Shown here: positions 13,381-24,620 of the stretch, in pieces
Position numbering within the stretch: the stretch's first letter is position 1
Layout: each line of letters opens with the position of its first letter
NCBI GenBank assembly: GCA_026023565.1
Contig: JAPETS010000022.1
Location: forward strand, 248,001-312,000
Direction: 5' to 3'
Length of the DNA stretch: 64,000 nt
Source: Cirrosporium novae-zelandiae
Taxonomy: Eukaryota
Program-made: the position numbers and the translations under genes
The notes under the pieces: generated by a model
Database searches by the model: none
What the model was told of the DNA's origin: nothing
Seen by the model: the letters and a program-made list of their open reading frames with translations, nothing else

Positions 13381-14640
13381 CTACCCCACCCCACCCCCCA
13401 CAACCCCCAAGAGCTCCCCCATCCTCCTTTCAAAAACCCCCATCAACTCCTCCACCTCACCCTCCCCAACCTCCCTCTCCAACCGACTCCCAACCCCCCA
13501 CCCCACACCCTCCGTCCCAACAATATTCAGCATCAATCTCGATCCAGCAGCGCGTTCGCGCTCTCGGGGTTCCGTGCCCATGGCGGCAGCATCCTCGCCA
13601 TCGTCTCCGTTGTTGTTTGGGTCTTGTGTTTGGGGTTGAGTTTGGGTGGTGAGTGGTGGTAGTGGCTGTGGTGGGCCCTGTGCGGCGGCGCTGGAACCTG
13701 GACGTGATTGGCGCGGGGCTGGGGGTGGTGGGGTTGGGGGTTGTTGGTCGAAGCCCGGGGCCCAGTCGATTTGAGCGGAGAGGACTTGGAAGGTCGGGGT
13801 TAAGGAGGAGATTTTTGTTATGCGGTAGGGGTAGCCGGTTTGGTTTTGGGCGGGGGCGATTGGTTCTGAGGGGTTAGTGCTGTTGTTGGAGGTGGAGTTG
13901 CCGTTTCCGCTGCCACTGCCGCTGGGGTTGATGTTAATGTTGGTGGGGTCTGCTGATAATGGTGCTGGTGGGACTGGGACTGGAGGTGATTGGAGGGGGG
14001 GATCAGGTTCAACATCAATAATTATATAGCGATCTTGGATACTTGGTTCCAGGGCCGGGAGAGCAGATGGACGGCGGTGATGGGGTCCTGGACCACCCTG
14101 GGAGACTCCGAATTCTTGCTCTTGCTCTGAGGTTCCGTAGCCGTAGCCATAGCCGTTTTCATTTCCCACGCCCTCACCAGTATTTCCCCCCCCTAAATAC
14201 CCCTCCACGTCTGTCCCCAGACTCCTCAAGCAAGCCTCAACAACACCATCACTTGCATCATCGCTGAATATGTAATGCACGTCCGGATGATGATAGTCTT
14301 TTGTGATTCTTGTCGTCGAGATGGGTCGGTTTTTTTCGTTTTCGTTCGAGGTTGACACGAGCGTGAAAATTGGGTTAAAAGGGGTTAGCAGTGGTGGTGG
14401 CGGGGAGGGCGATGAGGCTGTTTCTGCTTGCTCTCCTAGGAGGGATGTAGAGCGGTCTCGTGCTGGGTGGGGTTGCTCTGGGGGTTCTTGGATTGGGTCT
14501 TGCACTAAAGCGGTAGGGATCGAAGGGTCAGACACATTCTTGGAGTTTGCAGTATGAAACGACTGTGACGCGCCATGTTCTCCGCTTGGATGTTCTGTTG
14601 TGGCCCCAGTTTCTTCTATACGCATCCCTGGTTCAGCCAT
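13381..14640 (-). CDS. Conserved fungal protein, putative Atg31-like autophagy scaffold subunit
   Basis: 419-aa ORF with short ordered blocks (HPDVHYIFSDD, DRYIIIDV, ISSLTPTFQVLS, LMLNIVG, VEELMGVFERRMGELLGVV) in low-complexity linkers. Block order resembles yeast Atg31 (inference). Confidence 0.7.
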   Translation of the reverse strand: MAEPGMRIEETGATTEHPSGEHGASQSFHTANSKNVSDPSIPTALVQDPIQEPPEQPHPARDRSTSLLGEQAETASSPSPPPPLLTPFNPIFTLVSTSNENEKNRPISTTRITKDYHHPDVHYIFSDDASDGVVEACLRSLGTDVEGYLGGGNTGEGVGNENGYGYGYGTSEQEQEFGVSQGGPGPHHRRPSALPALEPSIQDRYIIIDVEPDPPLQSPPVPVPPAPLSADPTNININPSGSGSGNGNSTSNNSTNPSEPIAPAQNQTGYPYRITKISSLTPTFQVLSAQIDWAPGFDQQPPTPPPPAPRQSRPGSSAAAQGPPQPLPPLTTQTQPQTQDPNNNGDDGEDAAAMGTEPRERERAAGSRLMLNIVGTEGVGWGVGSRLEREVGEGEVEELMGVFERRMGELLGVVGGGVG

Positions 14641-15257
14641 GATGGTAGGAATTAGGTGGGATCGAGGAGCTAGAAGGAAATGGTGGTGTTGTAGTGCGGT
14701 GCAGTTTGAGTAAGGAATGAGGAGGTGCCGGTGTGGATCCTAAGTCTAAAAAGTGACTCGCCAGTAAGCTCCATCTTGATCAGAATATTCTTCAAGGAAG
14801 CAAGCCCCAGAAAGGCATCAAAGGGTATCGATGCCTGGACACCGAGGTTGGGGTCCCCGGATTTTCTTTATCTATTATCTTCACGTGATGTTAATGATCC
14901 GCTTCTGTGATTTTGTGTATGGTTCTTTATTAAATTTATCCAAAATATTCTAGTTATACTATCTAGTCTTGGCACGGCATCTTCCGAGATCCTTAACAGA
15001 AACCACACTTCCAAATTATATTAATATTTACGCGTATTATTGCTCTATTAAAAATCAATCTTCAATCAGGTTTTATCATTCTAGCCAATCTACTTAAGGG
15101 TATCAATAATATCAATGCTTCCAATACCCCCAATGTACAGTCGTTCATCCACACCCTAGGATCGTCAAGTCATTAATATCCAGGTTGTGTACCCGGTACT
15201 TTTGAACGCCATGCTAAGAATGCAAGTTCTGTCCCTCCACTAAAGTGAATTGCATCT

Positions 15258-15607
15258 CTATGTCCCGGATGTAGTTTCACCACTGCCATCCTTCCATTGG
15301 AACTTCTGACGACACATGGGACATAAACCCTTTGACGAGTCTTGTTGGATCCAAGTAACCAGGCAATGCATATGGAACGAATGATGACATTTACCAATGA
15401 CTCTCAGTTTATGTCAGAAAGCTTTAATCAATATGTATCACAAAATATAGAGAACATACCTAAAGTACAATCATCCCCGGGATACTTGCACGTTGGACAC
15501 GTGCCATCGAATTGAACTCGACAGATCCCGCAGACGTCGTCTGATATTCCTGGTAAGTCCCACCGCCACGCTGCCACGGCGTCCACCTCCTTTACTCTTA
15601 CTTTCAT
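15258..15607 (-). CDS. apc11: Anaphase-promoting complex RING-H2 subunit Apc11 (96 aa; absent from the ORF track)
   Basis: Exons 15607-15460 and 15400-15258; intron 15401-15459 (GTATGT...CTGAC...GAG). Translation MKVRVKEVDAVAAWRWDLPGISDDVCGICRVQFDGTCPTCKYPGDDCTLVIGKCHHSFHMHCLVTWIQQDSSKGLCPMCRQKFQWKDGSGETTSGT. Confidence 0.97.
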
Positions 15608-16193
15608 CTTGCACCGTCTTGTTTCGCTGGAGAGGGGCTAATTCGGTGACAATCACAGACTTCTCGCTTTCCAGAGGTTGGGTCACAGATTTCCTTCGTT
15701 TTATAGATTTCCTGTTTGTAACCTCCACTATACACGGCGAAGTAGAGCTTGCAGCAGTGTTGGGAATGGGCACACGTCGTTCCTTGATAGTAAAAGCTAA
15801 GAGTTGTGTTTCTCCTCGCCTAATTTCTCTCGTCTCTTCTTCAGCGGCTGTGTAATTTGCTATTTCTTGATCGAGTCCAGTCGGCCACCGCCAGGTCGGT
15901 TTCGCAAGATCCCTAGAGTCGCGAGGTCGATTTCCAACTTCTTTCTCCAAGACTTTGGAATATTGGCTACTAAGATATAGGAGCGTTTGAGGCCGTTTGA
16001 GGGTCTGGATTCGCGTCGACTGTCGTGAGAGCTCTGGAGGAGGAAAGCTTTGGAGTGTTGATTGTTTGGATTGTTTAGGGGTCTCAGGTTTGGGAGATTC
16101 GAAAGTGGGTTTCTGAAGAGTTGTAGTAGGCCTCTTGAGGAGTTTAGTAAGGCCTTGTTTGAATTTTTGTGAAAAGGTTTTGGGCTTTTTCAT
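15471..16193 (-). CDS. Unknown 240-aa basic ORF upstream of, and overlapping, APC11 in a different frame
   Basis: Open from ATG 16193 to TGA 15471; K/S/T/P/R-rich; no recognised family; last 137 nt overlap APC11 exon 1. Confidence 0.45.
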   Translation of the reverse strand: MKKPKTFSQKFKQGLTKLLKRPTTTLQKPTFESPKPETPKQSKQSTLQSFPPPELSRQSTRIQTLKRPQTLLYLSSQYSKVLEKEVGNRPRDSRDLAKPTWRWPTGLDQEIANYTAAEEETREIRRGETQLLAFTIKERRVPIPNTAASSTSPCIVEVTNRKSIKRRKSVTQPLESEKSVIVTELAPLQRNKTVQDESKSKGGGRRGSVAVGLTRNIRRRLRDLSSSIRWHVSNVQVSRG

Positions 16194-16480
16194 CAATGAT
16201 TATGCTGTGGTAGAAATAATATAATATATAGGATGAAGGTGGAGTGGACCTACAGTAGGCCTAGGTAGGTAGATAAACTGGTGGGGGGGCGTTGGCTGTA
16301 GGAGTAATTCCAGCCGAGGAAGCCGAATAAGCCAAAGCTCCTTCCCTGCGTTCTCTTATCACGACAATTATAAGATAAAAGACGAAAGTCCCAGTCTTAC
16401 CATATTACCAACCCAAACACCACTCAATCGAAGTCTAGTTTCTTCAATATTTAAATCTTCCATATCCGGTGATACAACCA

Positions 16481-17536
16481 ATGTCCCAATCACTCCTCTT
16501 CCGCCCCATCCTCCAGCAAAGAACACCGCAATTCCTCCACCGGAGCTTACCCCGCGTCGCCGTTCTCAGCCCCCGCAAAATGTCAACTTCAGCAACAAAC
16601 ACCTCCCCCTTTTCCACCCTCCTAATCTCGCCATCCACCCTCCAGAAAACCCTCACTTTGACGGAGAAGCCGAAATCACGCATCCTCCCTCTCTCCGCCT
16701 CGTGGTATCTCCCCAACGCGCCCACGACCGGCCATGCCTCGTTCCTCCAATCGCACATCCCCTCCTCGGTCTTCTTCGACCTAGACGCCATCTCCAGCAC
16801 CCCACCGTCGCCATATCCCCACATGCTCCCTTCGCCCCAGAAATTCGCCACCGCGATGAACGAACTAGGGATCAAGAGGAACGACACAATCGTAGTCTAC
16901 GACACAGCCGACCTAGGTCTATTCTCCGCGCCGCGAGTCGCATGGACGTTTCGAATCTTCGGCCACCCAAACGTCCACATCCTAAACAACTACAAACTAT
17001 GGGTAGAACAGGGCTACCCAACCGAAAGCGGGGAGGTCCCCACCTCAGCTTTACCCCCAACATCAACCTCAGACCCTTACCCGACCCCCTCACTCGATAC
17101 CTCCCAAGTGGTCCCCTTTGAAGAAATGCACTCGACCGTATCCTCCCAAAAAGCTACCACCACTAGCTCCCCAACAACCATAATCCTCGACGCGCGCCCC
17201 GCAGGCCGCTTCACAGGCGCATCCCCCGAACCCCGCCCAGGCCTCCCCTCAGGCCACATGCCCACCGCCATCAACATCCCGCACACGATCCTCCTGGACC
17301 CCTCAACCAAAACCCTCCTCCCCAAAGAACAACTGAGAAAAGTGTTTGAGGAACGAGGCGTTAAAAGTGTGGAGGGGAAACAGGTTATATGTAGCTGCGG
17401 CACGGGGGTTACGGCTACGGTGGTGGAATTGGGATTGGAGGAAGCGGGGTTGGGGAGGGGGAGGGTGTATGATGGGAGTTGGACGGAGTGGGCGCAGAGG
17501 ACGTCTGAGGGGGAGGGGTTGATTGTTAAGGATTAG
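16481..17536 (+). CDS. tum1: Thiosulfate/3-mercaptopyruvate sulfurtransferase (tandem rhodanese)
   Basis: SWYLP, HIPSSVFFDLD, PHMLPS, FSAPRVAWTF, LDARPAGRF, active-site CGTGVTA, YDGSWTEW. Arg-rich N-terminus before a second ATG at 16580. Confidence 0.93.
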   Translation: MSQSLLFRPILQQRTPQFLHRSLPRVAVLSPRKMSTSATNTSPFSTLLISPSTLQKTLTLTEKPKSRILPLSASWYLPNAPTTGHASFLQSHIPSSVFFDLDAISSTPPSPYPHMLPSPQKFATAMNELGIKRNDTIVVYDTADLGLFSAPRVAWTFRIFGHPNVHILNNYKLWVEQGYPTESGEVPTSALPPTSTSDPYPTPSLDTSQVVPFEEMHSTVSSQKATTTSSPTTIILDARPAGRFTGASPEPRPGLPSGHMPTAINIPHTILLDPSTKTLLPKEQLRKVFEERGVKSVEGKQVICSCGTGVTATVVELGLEEAGLGRGRVYDGSWTEWAQRTSEGEGLIVKD

Positions 17537-19527
17537 GTATTGGGGCGTGTAGTGTAGAGTTCGTTGCCTGCCTACCTGTATTATCCCAGGGAGGGGAGGC
17601 AAAGAAAAAGAAAAAGAAAAGAAAAAGTATCCATCCATGACTTTATCAGTCAATCGGTCGGTAATCACCTACCTTCGCCTACCTACCTACATCTAGAAAC
17701 AGTTTCGAGAAAGAAAGAAAAAAAGAGAGAAAGAATATAGATCTCTTGAACCGTAAGGTAACGAGAGGGAAGTAAGCAAGTAAATAAGTAAATTAAAGGT
17801 ATATATAATCATGACATCATATCCTTATCAAGGAAACCAAATCTGTCTGTCCCTAGGTATGCATATATATATAAGTATGTTAAGGCTCGAGCGTCTATCT
17901 ATCCATTCATCCATTCATCCATTCATCCATTAATTATAGGACAGAAATGACCTCTCTTCTCAGACTTGCCACTCTCCTATTCTCTCCTATTTTTTCTCTT
18001 TTCCACTCCCTTTTTTCTATCCTCTCTCTCTCTCTCTCCTATTTTTTTCTCTCCTTTATTTCTCCCTCTCTCTCCATATCTATCTCTTCTTCGTAGAGAG
18101 AGAGGGAGAGAGGGTGAACACCAAACACCAAATCCAAGGAAGAAGAAAGAAAGAAAGAAAGAAAGAAAAGAACGAGAACTGGAAACTAGAACTATCCATT
18201 CCGCATTCCTAGCGTGTTGTATGAACCTAACTAAAACTAAAGCTAACCGAACTGAACTAAACTAAACTGAATTAAATGAGTGTGTAATGCGTGCATGCGT
18301 GCTGTCCGTCCCTTCCATCCATTTAGGAATATAAAGGTCGAATAGAACAGGACAGTAACAGCAGCACTGGTAGCCCCCAACCCCGAAGAACAAAGTTATT
18401 ATTGATTACCCCCTCTCCTCCCCCTCCCCCTATTCCATCCATCCATCATTTTCCAGCCTTCGAAGTAGAGAAATATGGAGGGGAGAGTCCAGAAAAAGAG
18501 AGAGAGGAAAAAAAACTAGGCGCTAGAAGTAATGATTAAACAAAAAAAAAAGAACCCAAGAAAGGGTTTAAGGTGTCATGTGGTTTTCTAGGGATGTGTC
18601 TGTGGGTGTAGGTGCGTGTGTGTAGTAAATAATCAAAACACGAGTTTTAGTTTCGGGGGTTTTTTTTCGATTTTTTGGTGTTTTTGTTTTCGTTTTTTTC
18701 GTCAAAAGAGAAAAAGGAAAAGAAAAAGAAAAAAAGACATCCCATTCCGACCAATCATCTCAATCTAATCTTCAGAGCCCCCCTTGAACATTATAAGGTA
18801 GTAGGTAATCTGAAACCCCCCCTCCTCTACCAGACAACTTTTTTGGCTACTTTTTGAATCCCCATCACATCATTTCTACCAGTTCAGAGAATTTTTAAAA
18901 CCAACCCCCCACCTCCCCCCCCCTCCCCCACACACACATACGCTCCTCTCTCAATCACACACAAACCAAAGGAAAGAAAGAAAAAAGGTGAGTAAAAAGG
19001 TGAGTGAGAGCTCTTTTGATCCTGGGTTGAAACAAAAAAAAGGTTTCGCTCACGTTCTTTTTTGTGTATTGATAACTTTTTTTTCCGGAAAAAGGCTCCT
19101 CCTTCTCGATAAAAAAAAAGGGCCATTTTGACTATTCTTCATTATCCTGCCGAGAATGAGAAAGGTTTTTAGAATAGCAAAAGTGTCTTCAATCCCATCA
19201 TTTACTCCACACCATCTTTCTTATAATCGTTGCAGCAGAAACACCATTTTGTCGATTGCTGACTGAAACTGGCCAATCATTGAGCTTCGAGAAAATATTG
19301 AATGAGAGCCATGCAGAACACACAAAATACACCATGAACGAATTAACAAAAACGAACTGGATTTTTGTGGTTGCATCTGCAAGGCTCAGATTTCATCATT
19401 GAATGTTGAATGAAGACCTGCAGACAATACGATGTTGTCGCATCACATTCACAGACTAGGCCATTGATTCAACGTGTTCCAAGGTTTAGAAATAGTTTCT
19501 TGTCTCAAGGACATCAAAGTAAAATGA

Positions 19528-20614
19528 CTAAGGAGTCCAGAGCCGGCCTCTGCCGCGTGAGGATTGTGGTCTACCTCCCCGAGGAACGCGTAAAGTACCA
19601 GGAGTAGCATCAGCCTTAGCAGGTTCAGGATTGCGGGAAAATGAGTTTGGGTCAATGGGGTCCTTAATAACCATAGACTTCTTTGGTCCAGGCGGAGTGA
19701 TGCTGCGACGAGGTCTGTGGTTAACTCGATTGCGATTACCACGAGTGAATGGACGTGTCTGGCGGGGTTGACGAGGGTTGAATACAACCTCCTCATCGTC
19801 ATCATCGTCGTCATCGATTGGGACTTTAGGTGGAGGGACCTCTGGCGCTAATTCCGCAACCGATTTTGTCGCAATACCATATTTCTGAGCCCAGCTGCGG
19901 GTCTTTTCGTCATTGCTTAAGAGAATGAGTGTTGTGGGGTCCGTTAGCTTGTTTGCGATATGATGGAGATACCAAAGTGTCGAGTTCAAGAGGGGGCGGA
20001 TCCACCTGGGGGGGAGAGCTGATATTGATGTATCGCGTCTTCGAGGAGAAGAATTTGAATTGCTGGTAGAGCTCGTAGTTGAAGCGCTTGACAAGGGCCT
20101 TGTCTGGTTGGTGGTTATCGAACTGAAAGGTTCTTCATCAACGTCGGGTTTCTGGAAGTTCAACTTATCCAATAGCTGCTGCGATAATTTGTTGACGCCA
20201 GGTATATTAGCTTCTAGCTTAGACTTCACACGGTATTCCGGGAGGAGATGTTTTTGAACTTCTGTCCATTCTGTATAATGAGCCTCTGGACCCTGGAGAG
20301 TAACGGACCGGGTAGAAGCTTTTCCCATGGGGGAACTAGAAGCGCGATCGAGGAAGTCGAGAATATTTCCAGCTTTCACACTGGTAATGGATTTGCCATG
20401 AATGTTATGCTGAAGTTTTTCAAGGGCTAGTGATGGGTTAGCATTGAAATAGATCAGTCTTGCGACGACAGCGATAAGGTATCAACATACTGGGCATAGG
20501 GATATAAAGGGCGATAGAGCCACCGAGCACCCACTTCTCGATTTGGTCAATGCTCTCGATGAGGGTTGACTCATCAGGAATACATAAGTATGTTTTACTA
20601 GATGAAGCCGCCAT
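19528..20614 (-). CDS. PIN-domain protein, Nmd4-like
   Basis: Exons 20614-20491 and 20426-19528; intron 20427-20490 (GTATGT...GCTAAC...TAG). PIN-like CIPDESTL, LYIPMPTLEKL, LILLSNDEKTRSWAQKYGI; C-terminal RGRGRLWTP. Confidence 0.75.
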
Positions 20615-21454
20615 CTTCGCGATAGATAGCTTAGGTGATGAAAGCGGGATGTTGTGGTGTTGATCAGCCAGCAACGCGGATACAGGTATTAATCGCCCTC
20701 TCTAATATAACACGTTGGAGTTTAGATACGGATGTCAACTGAAGAATGCGCTTTGTGGAAAGGGACTCACGGGCGGCGCTTGCTCTGTCATGGTTGTCAT
20801 TCTGACACATTTTCCCTCCAGTCGCTTTTCAAATAGAATCAGTGCTTGGAAAGGCACCGCACAGTAGTTTTGGCGATGCAGAGTTTGGGGTACAGTAGCT
20901 AGAGAGTAGCAAAGAAGGAAGGCAAAATTGTTGGGCGGCACCGAGGGAGGAGACCTTCAGTCGGTCATTGACGGCGGCGGTGATGGGAAAGTTGGATGGG
21001 TAGCGAGTGAAGTGGTTGGAAGATTGGGTTAACCTCATTGGCCATAACCAACCATACCCGACCACAACCCAACCATACGCCCGCATCTCATCATCATTAT
21101 CAATCCTAATCTGGCAAATTAAACGGGGGCTTAAGCCCTACTAAACCCTACCGTGACCCTCGAGCCCCTCGAGCCCCTCGACCCTCTTATAAGCCTTTTG
21201 AAATGTCTGAGGGGTTATTCTTATTCTTAAAAGTACCTGTACTTTACAATCAATACTCGAGTAGTCCAATAGTCACTTTCTCTCGGCTTCTAACTCCCAT
21301 AGTCTATTTCATCTTGACACTCGCTAATACTAGCTAATTACATCTATCACACTTAGATTAATTATCGCAAATTTATCTAGAACAAGGTACCTTTCGCTAT
21401 GCGTTCAAGAAAAAGAGGACCATCGGTCATGATATATATACCACATATACCACA

Positions 21455-23435
21455 TCACTCACCGTCTGAACCTGGGGCAAAGAAAAATCGTTTAATTCGT
21501 GATTTGTCCGCATTATCGTAAGACGTATTGGGCCCAGCTTTGCGCTTGCCTCCTGATCCTGATCGATCCACCAAATTCCCCGACGAACTGTCTCGAACTG
21601 CCTCGATGATTGTTCGCTTGGACAAACAGTAGTCAATGTGTTCATTAAAGCCTCTATCGTCAGCTGGTTGAGGCGTTCCACATATTGGGCAATCCCATGA
21701 GTCGCCGTCGGGTGGCGCTGGATCATGCTTTTTCGGATTTGGTACCACCTCCTTCCCATGCCTTCTGTAATCAATGTCTTGCTGTGCTACTTCTTGGCTC
21801 AGTGCCTCCAGCTCATTCATCTCATCTTCCTTTTCTTGTGCTGCTGCCTCTTCAAACTCCTCTTCAGGCCACACTTCCCATTCCTCATCCTGGTCCGTTG
21901 AAGCCACAGAAGCCTTATGCGTAGATGGCTCCGCAGATAACGTGACAGCTGGTTTTCGTCGACCGAAGAAGTCAATGCCTCCTTTCTTCGTGCTGATAAG
22001 ATGTGTGCATCTCAAGCCCATTAACCGGAGCTTCATGCCAGGGTTTTCCTTCTCAAGCTTTACTAACATGGGCAGTGAATAATTATATAAGTCATCTGCT
22101 AGCCATACTGCCTTTGGGGGAGCAGTCTGCCGAGTATAGACTTCGTAAGTGTGTAACTTGATTTTGATAACGAGGGTTCTCCCCTTGAATTGTGTCCTCG
22201 CGAGGTCTTTCTCCAGCTCCTCTGCCGTCCACCTAAGTTTAGCCTTAAGTTCTGTCATATTACCCATATCTCGAAAGGTGCTCTCGGTTCCAACGCTTTT
22301 GCGTTCATATTCCTCCGCGGGTTGGATATTTGTTCGGCCCAGCCCTAGGTATGTTTGCATCAAAAACTGAAAGGCCTTCTCTCCGAACAGCTTTGAAAGA
22401 TAAGCTCTCTCCGAGTAGATATCCCCGCAAGTTTTGATGCCAATAGCATCCAGCTCACGTTCAAATACTCGACCGACCCCATTCACCTTGCGCGTAGGTA
22501 GATCCTTCATAAATGACATAATAGCCGCTCTATTGTTAGGGACCCTATACTGTCCATTGGGTTTGTTCTGATTTGATGCAATCTTTGCTAGTTTAGCATT
22601 CGGTGCAATCCCAGCAGAAACCGTTATCTTCGTTTTCTCCGCCACCTTACACCGCAGCTCCGCCACAACATCCTCAACTTCCATCTCATGGTCTTCACAA
22701 TATTTTGTAATATTCAAGTAGGCTTCATCGATACTTGCACTCTCAAATCGCGGGTCATAATCGGCAAGGATTTCCCGCACCTCTTGGGCTTTTGCATTAT
22801 ACTTTTTGAAATTTAATGGGAGACAGATAAGATTTGGACAGAGCTTCTTTGCTACAAAACCAGCCATGCCACTCCGACACCCAAATTTTCGCGCATTGTA
22901 GTTACATGTCGTAAGGACTCCCTTTCCAACCGCCATGGGAACATTTTTCAACTCTGGTCTATCCAACTCTTCTACAGCAGCATAGAAGGCATCGCAATCA
23001 ATGTGGATAACATATTGGGAGAGATCGCGGGTAAGCTCAAGTTCGGCGAGATAATCGTCTGCTCTTCGGAGGTCCGAGGTCAAGTTCAAGCGTTGAAGTT
23101 GCTCCCTCTGTAAAAGGGTACGTTGAATCTTTTGGGTAAGATTTTGATCACGGACTTCTTCGCGATTAAAGAACTTGGAGCCCTTGGAAGCATTATAGAT
23201 GATCTCAGAGACCTATGAATAGCATTGCAGTTAGTCAAAGTATTTCTTTGCAGCAACATAACCAGTGGTACAAGCATGCCTTTTGCTGATCTACAGAATC
23301 CTGCCCGGCTTTTGTCAACGAAGGCCCCAAAAGGGAATATTTGAGAGTATCATGTTCATGGTCTGCAGTCAGCGCAAGAGAACCGGTTTGATCGCCGTTG
23401 TTAGAAACCGATGTCTCATTTGCTTCGGTGTTCAT
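21455..23435 (-). CDS. polk: Y-family DNA polymerase kappa (DinB)
   Basis: Exons 23435-23280 and 23212-21455 joined by a GC-AG intron. Motifs SEIIYNASKGSKFF, HIDCDAFYA, TCNYNARKFG, SIDEAYL, LRLMGLR, UBZ finger CPIC...HIDYC and PIP-like RIKRFF. Confidence 0.95.
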
Positions 23436-23698
23436 GTCAACGGGCTCTAAGGCCTTTCTTCAGTTAAAGCATGAATACCTAGGTAAATAGGCTGAAGAAG
23501 TGGTGGATCGGAATATTAGGCAGAACACGTCAAAGAAACTCGCGTAGACACGACGCGAACTTCAACCAATTTAATAGGCGAATTTCCCCGATTTCAAAAG
23601 TATATTGCACGGGAACAAAAGCCACAATGAGGACTGCAACACTCCGGCCAATTCTCGTAAGAGATTCCCTCTCATGAGGCAAAAACATACAAAAACAA

Positions 23699-23811
23699 TG
23701 GTAGGAGTGGGATTCGAACCCACGCTCCTTTCGGAACTAGAAATCTGAGTAACTTTGGAAGTTAAAGTACGAACTTGAGTCTAGCGCCTTAACCAACTCG
23801 GCCATCCTACC
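23699..23811 (-). tRNA. tRNA-Leu(CAA) with canonical intron (about 23743-23773)
   Basis: Minus strand reads GGTAGGATGGCCGAGTTGGTTAAGGCG-CTAGA-CT-CAA-G-[31 nt]-T-TCTAG-TTCCGAAAGGAGC-GTGGG-TTCGAAT-CCCAC-TCCTACC-A; long variable arm; T-run downstream. Confidence 0.95.
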
Positions 23812-24620
23812 GATTCGTTGCTATAAGGAGGTAAGAAAGTGTCTATGTTTTCCGGACGGTTGGGAAGTTAGGGTTGCCGTAGAGTAATGTATTTACCATT
23901 TTCCGTTTAGTAAATACTATAAAACACACCAGAGCAAAGTCGGTTGGGTTGATAGGAGACGCCTCGATTTCACATGAGATATAAGTATTATAGTACTGAC
24001 GAGGATATATCCAAAACTCAGATGCATCTTGAAAATATTATATTTCTTTTTGAAGCAATGTAAAAAGCCAAAAGCCATGACAGGGTCCGCATATGTGAAA
24101 TCCCTTCTTTGTATATTGGAATGTATAAATTATATACTAGTTGCTTGCGCATTTTGTTTTGTGGCTTGAAGCGCACATATTGGCGTTTGGGTAGCCAGCC
24201 TGTTTTTCTCTTCCCTCCATCTGACTTAAAAAAAATCAGCAGTAATAGCATGTTGTGGGTATCGTCTCAATCTCCGGTCCAAGATCATAAGTTGCCAAAA
24301 ATGTCACCAACAAAAGGAAGGTAAACAACACAAAAGACAGGACAGATTCGACTAAAATCCTAGGTTCGCCCTCTCTTTTTTTGTGCTTTCTTGTCCGTCC
24401 GAAGTCGATTGCGGTCTTCGACTTCATTCACCAATCAGGACATTATAACTCCGAATGTCCAGTCCTTATACAAACACCATCTATCCAAATCAAGTCAATC
24501 AAGCCAACCAGAAATATACGCCCAAGTGCTGTTCCAACTCCTAATCGAGATAAACAAAAGAATTTACCCACTATAGATCGTAAACTTGACCGAGCCTCCG
24601 TTATTATAAAGCGTGGATGT

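Noticed and set aside
19140..19460. ATGATGA/CTGA motifs on the minus strand suggesting a C/D snoRNA
   Set aside because: The boxes are only a few nt apart with no guide region or terminal stem; probably the 3' UTR of the PIN gene.
21131..21186. CCCTA/CCCTCGAG short repeats resembling telomeric sequence
   Set aside because: Few, degenerate units and no TTAGGG array; ordinary local slippage.
23745..23774. tRNA-Leu intron region also contains GTTCGT...CAG, a possible spliceosomal intron
   Set aside because: Excising GT..AG leaves an 8-nt anticodon loop and removes G37, and the segment is only 30 nt. The canonical 37/38 intron explains it.
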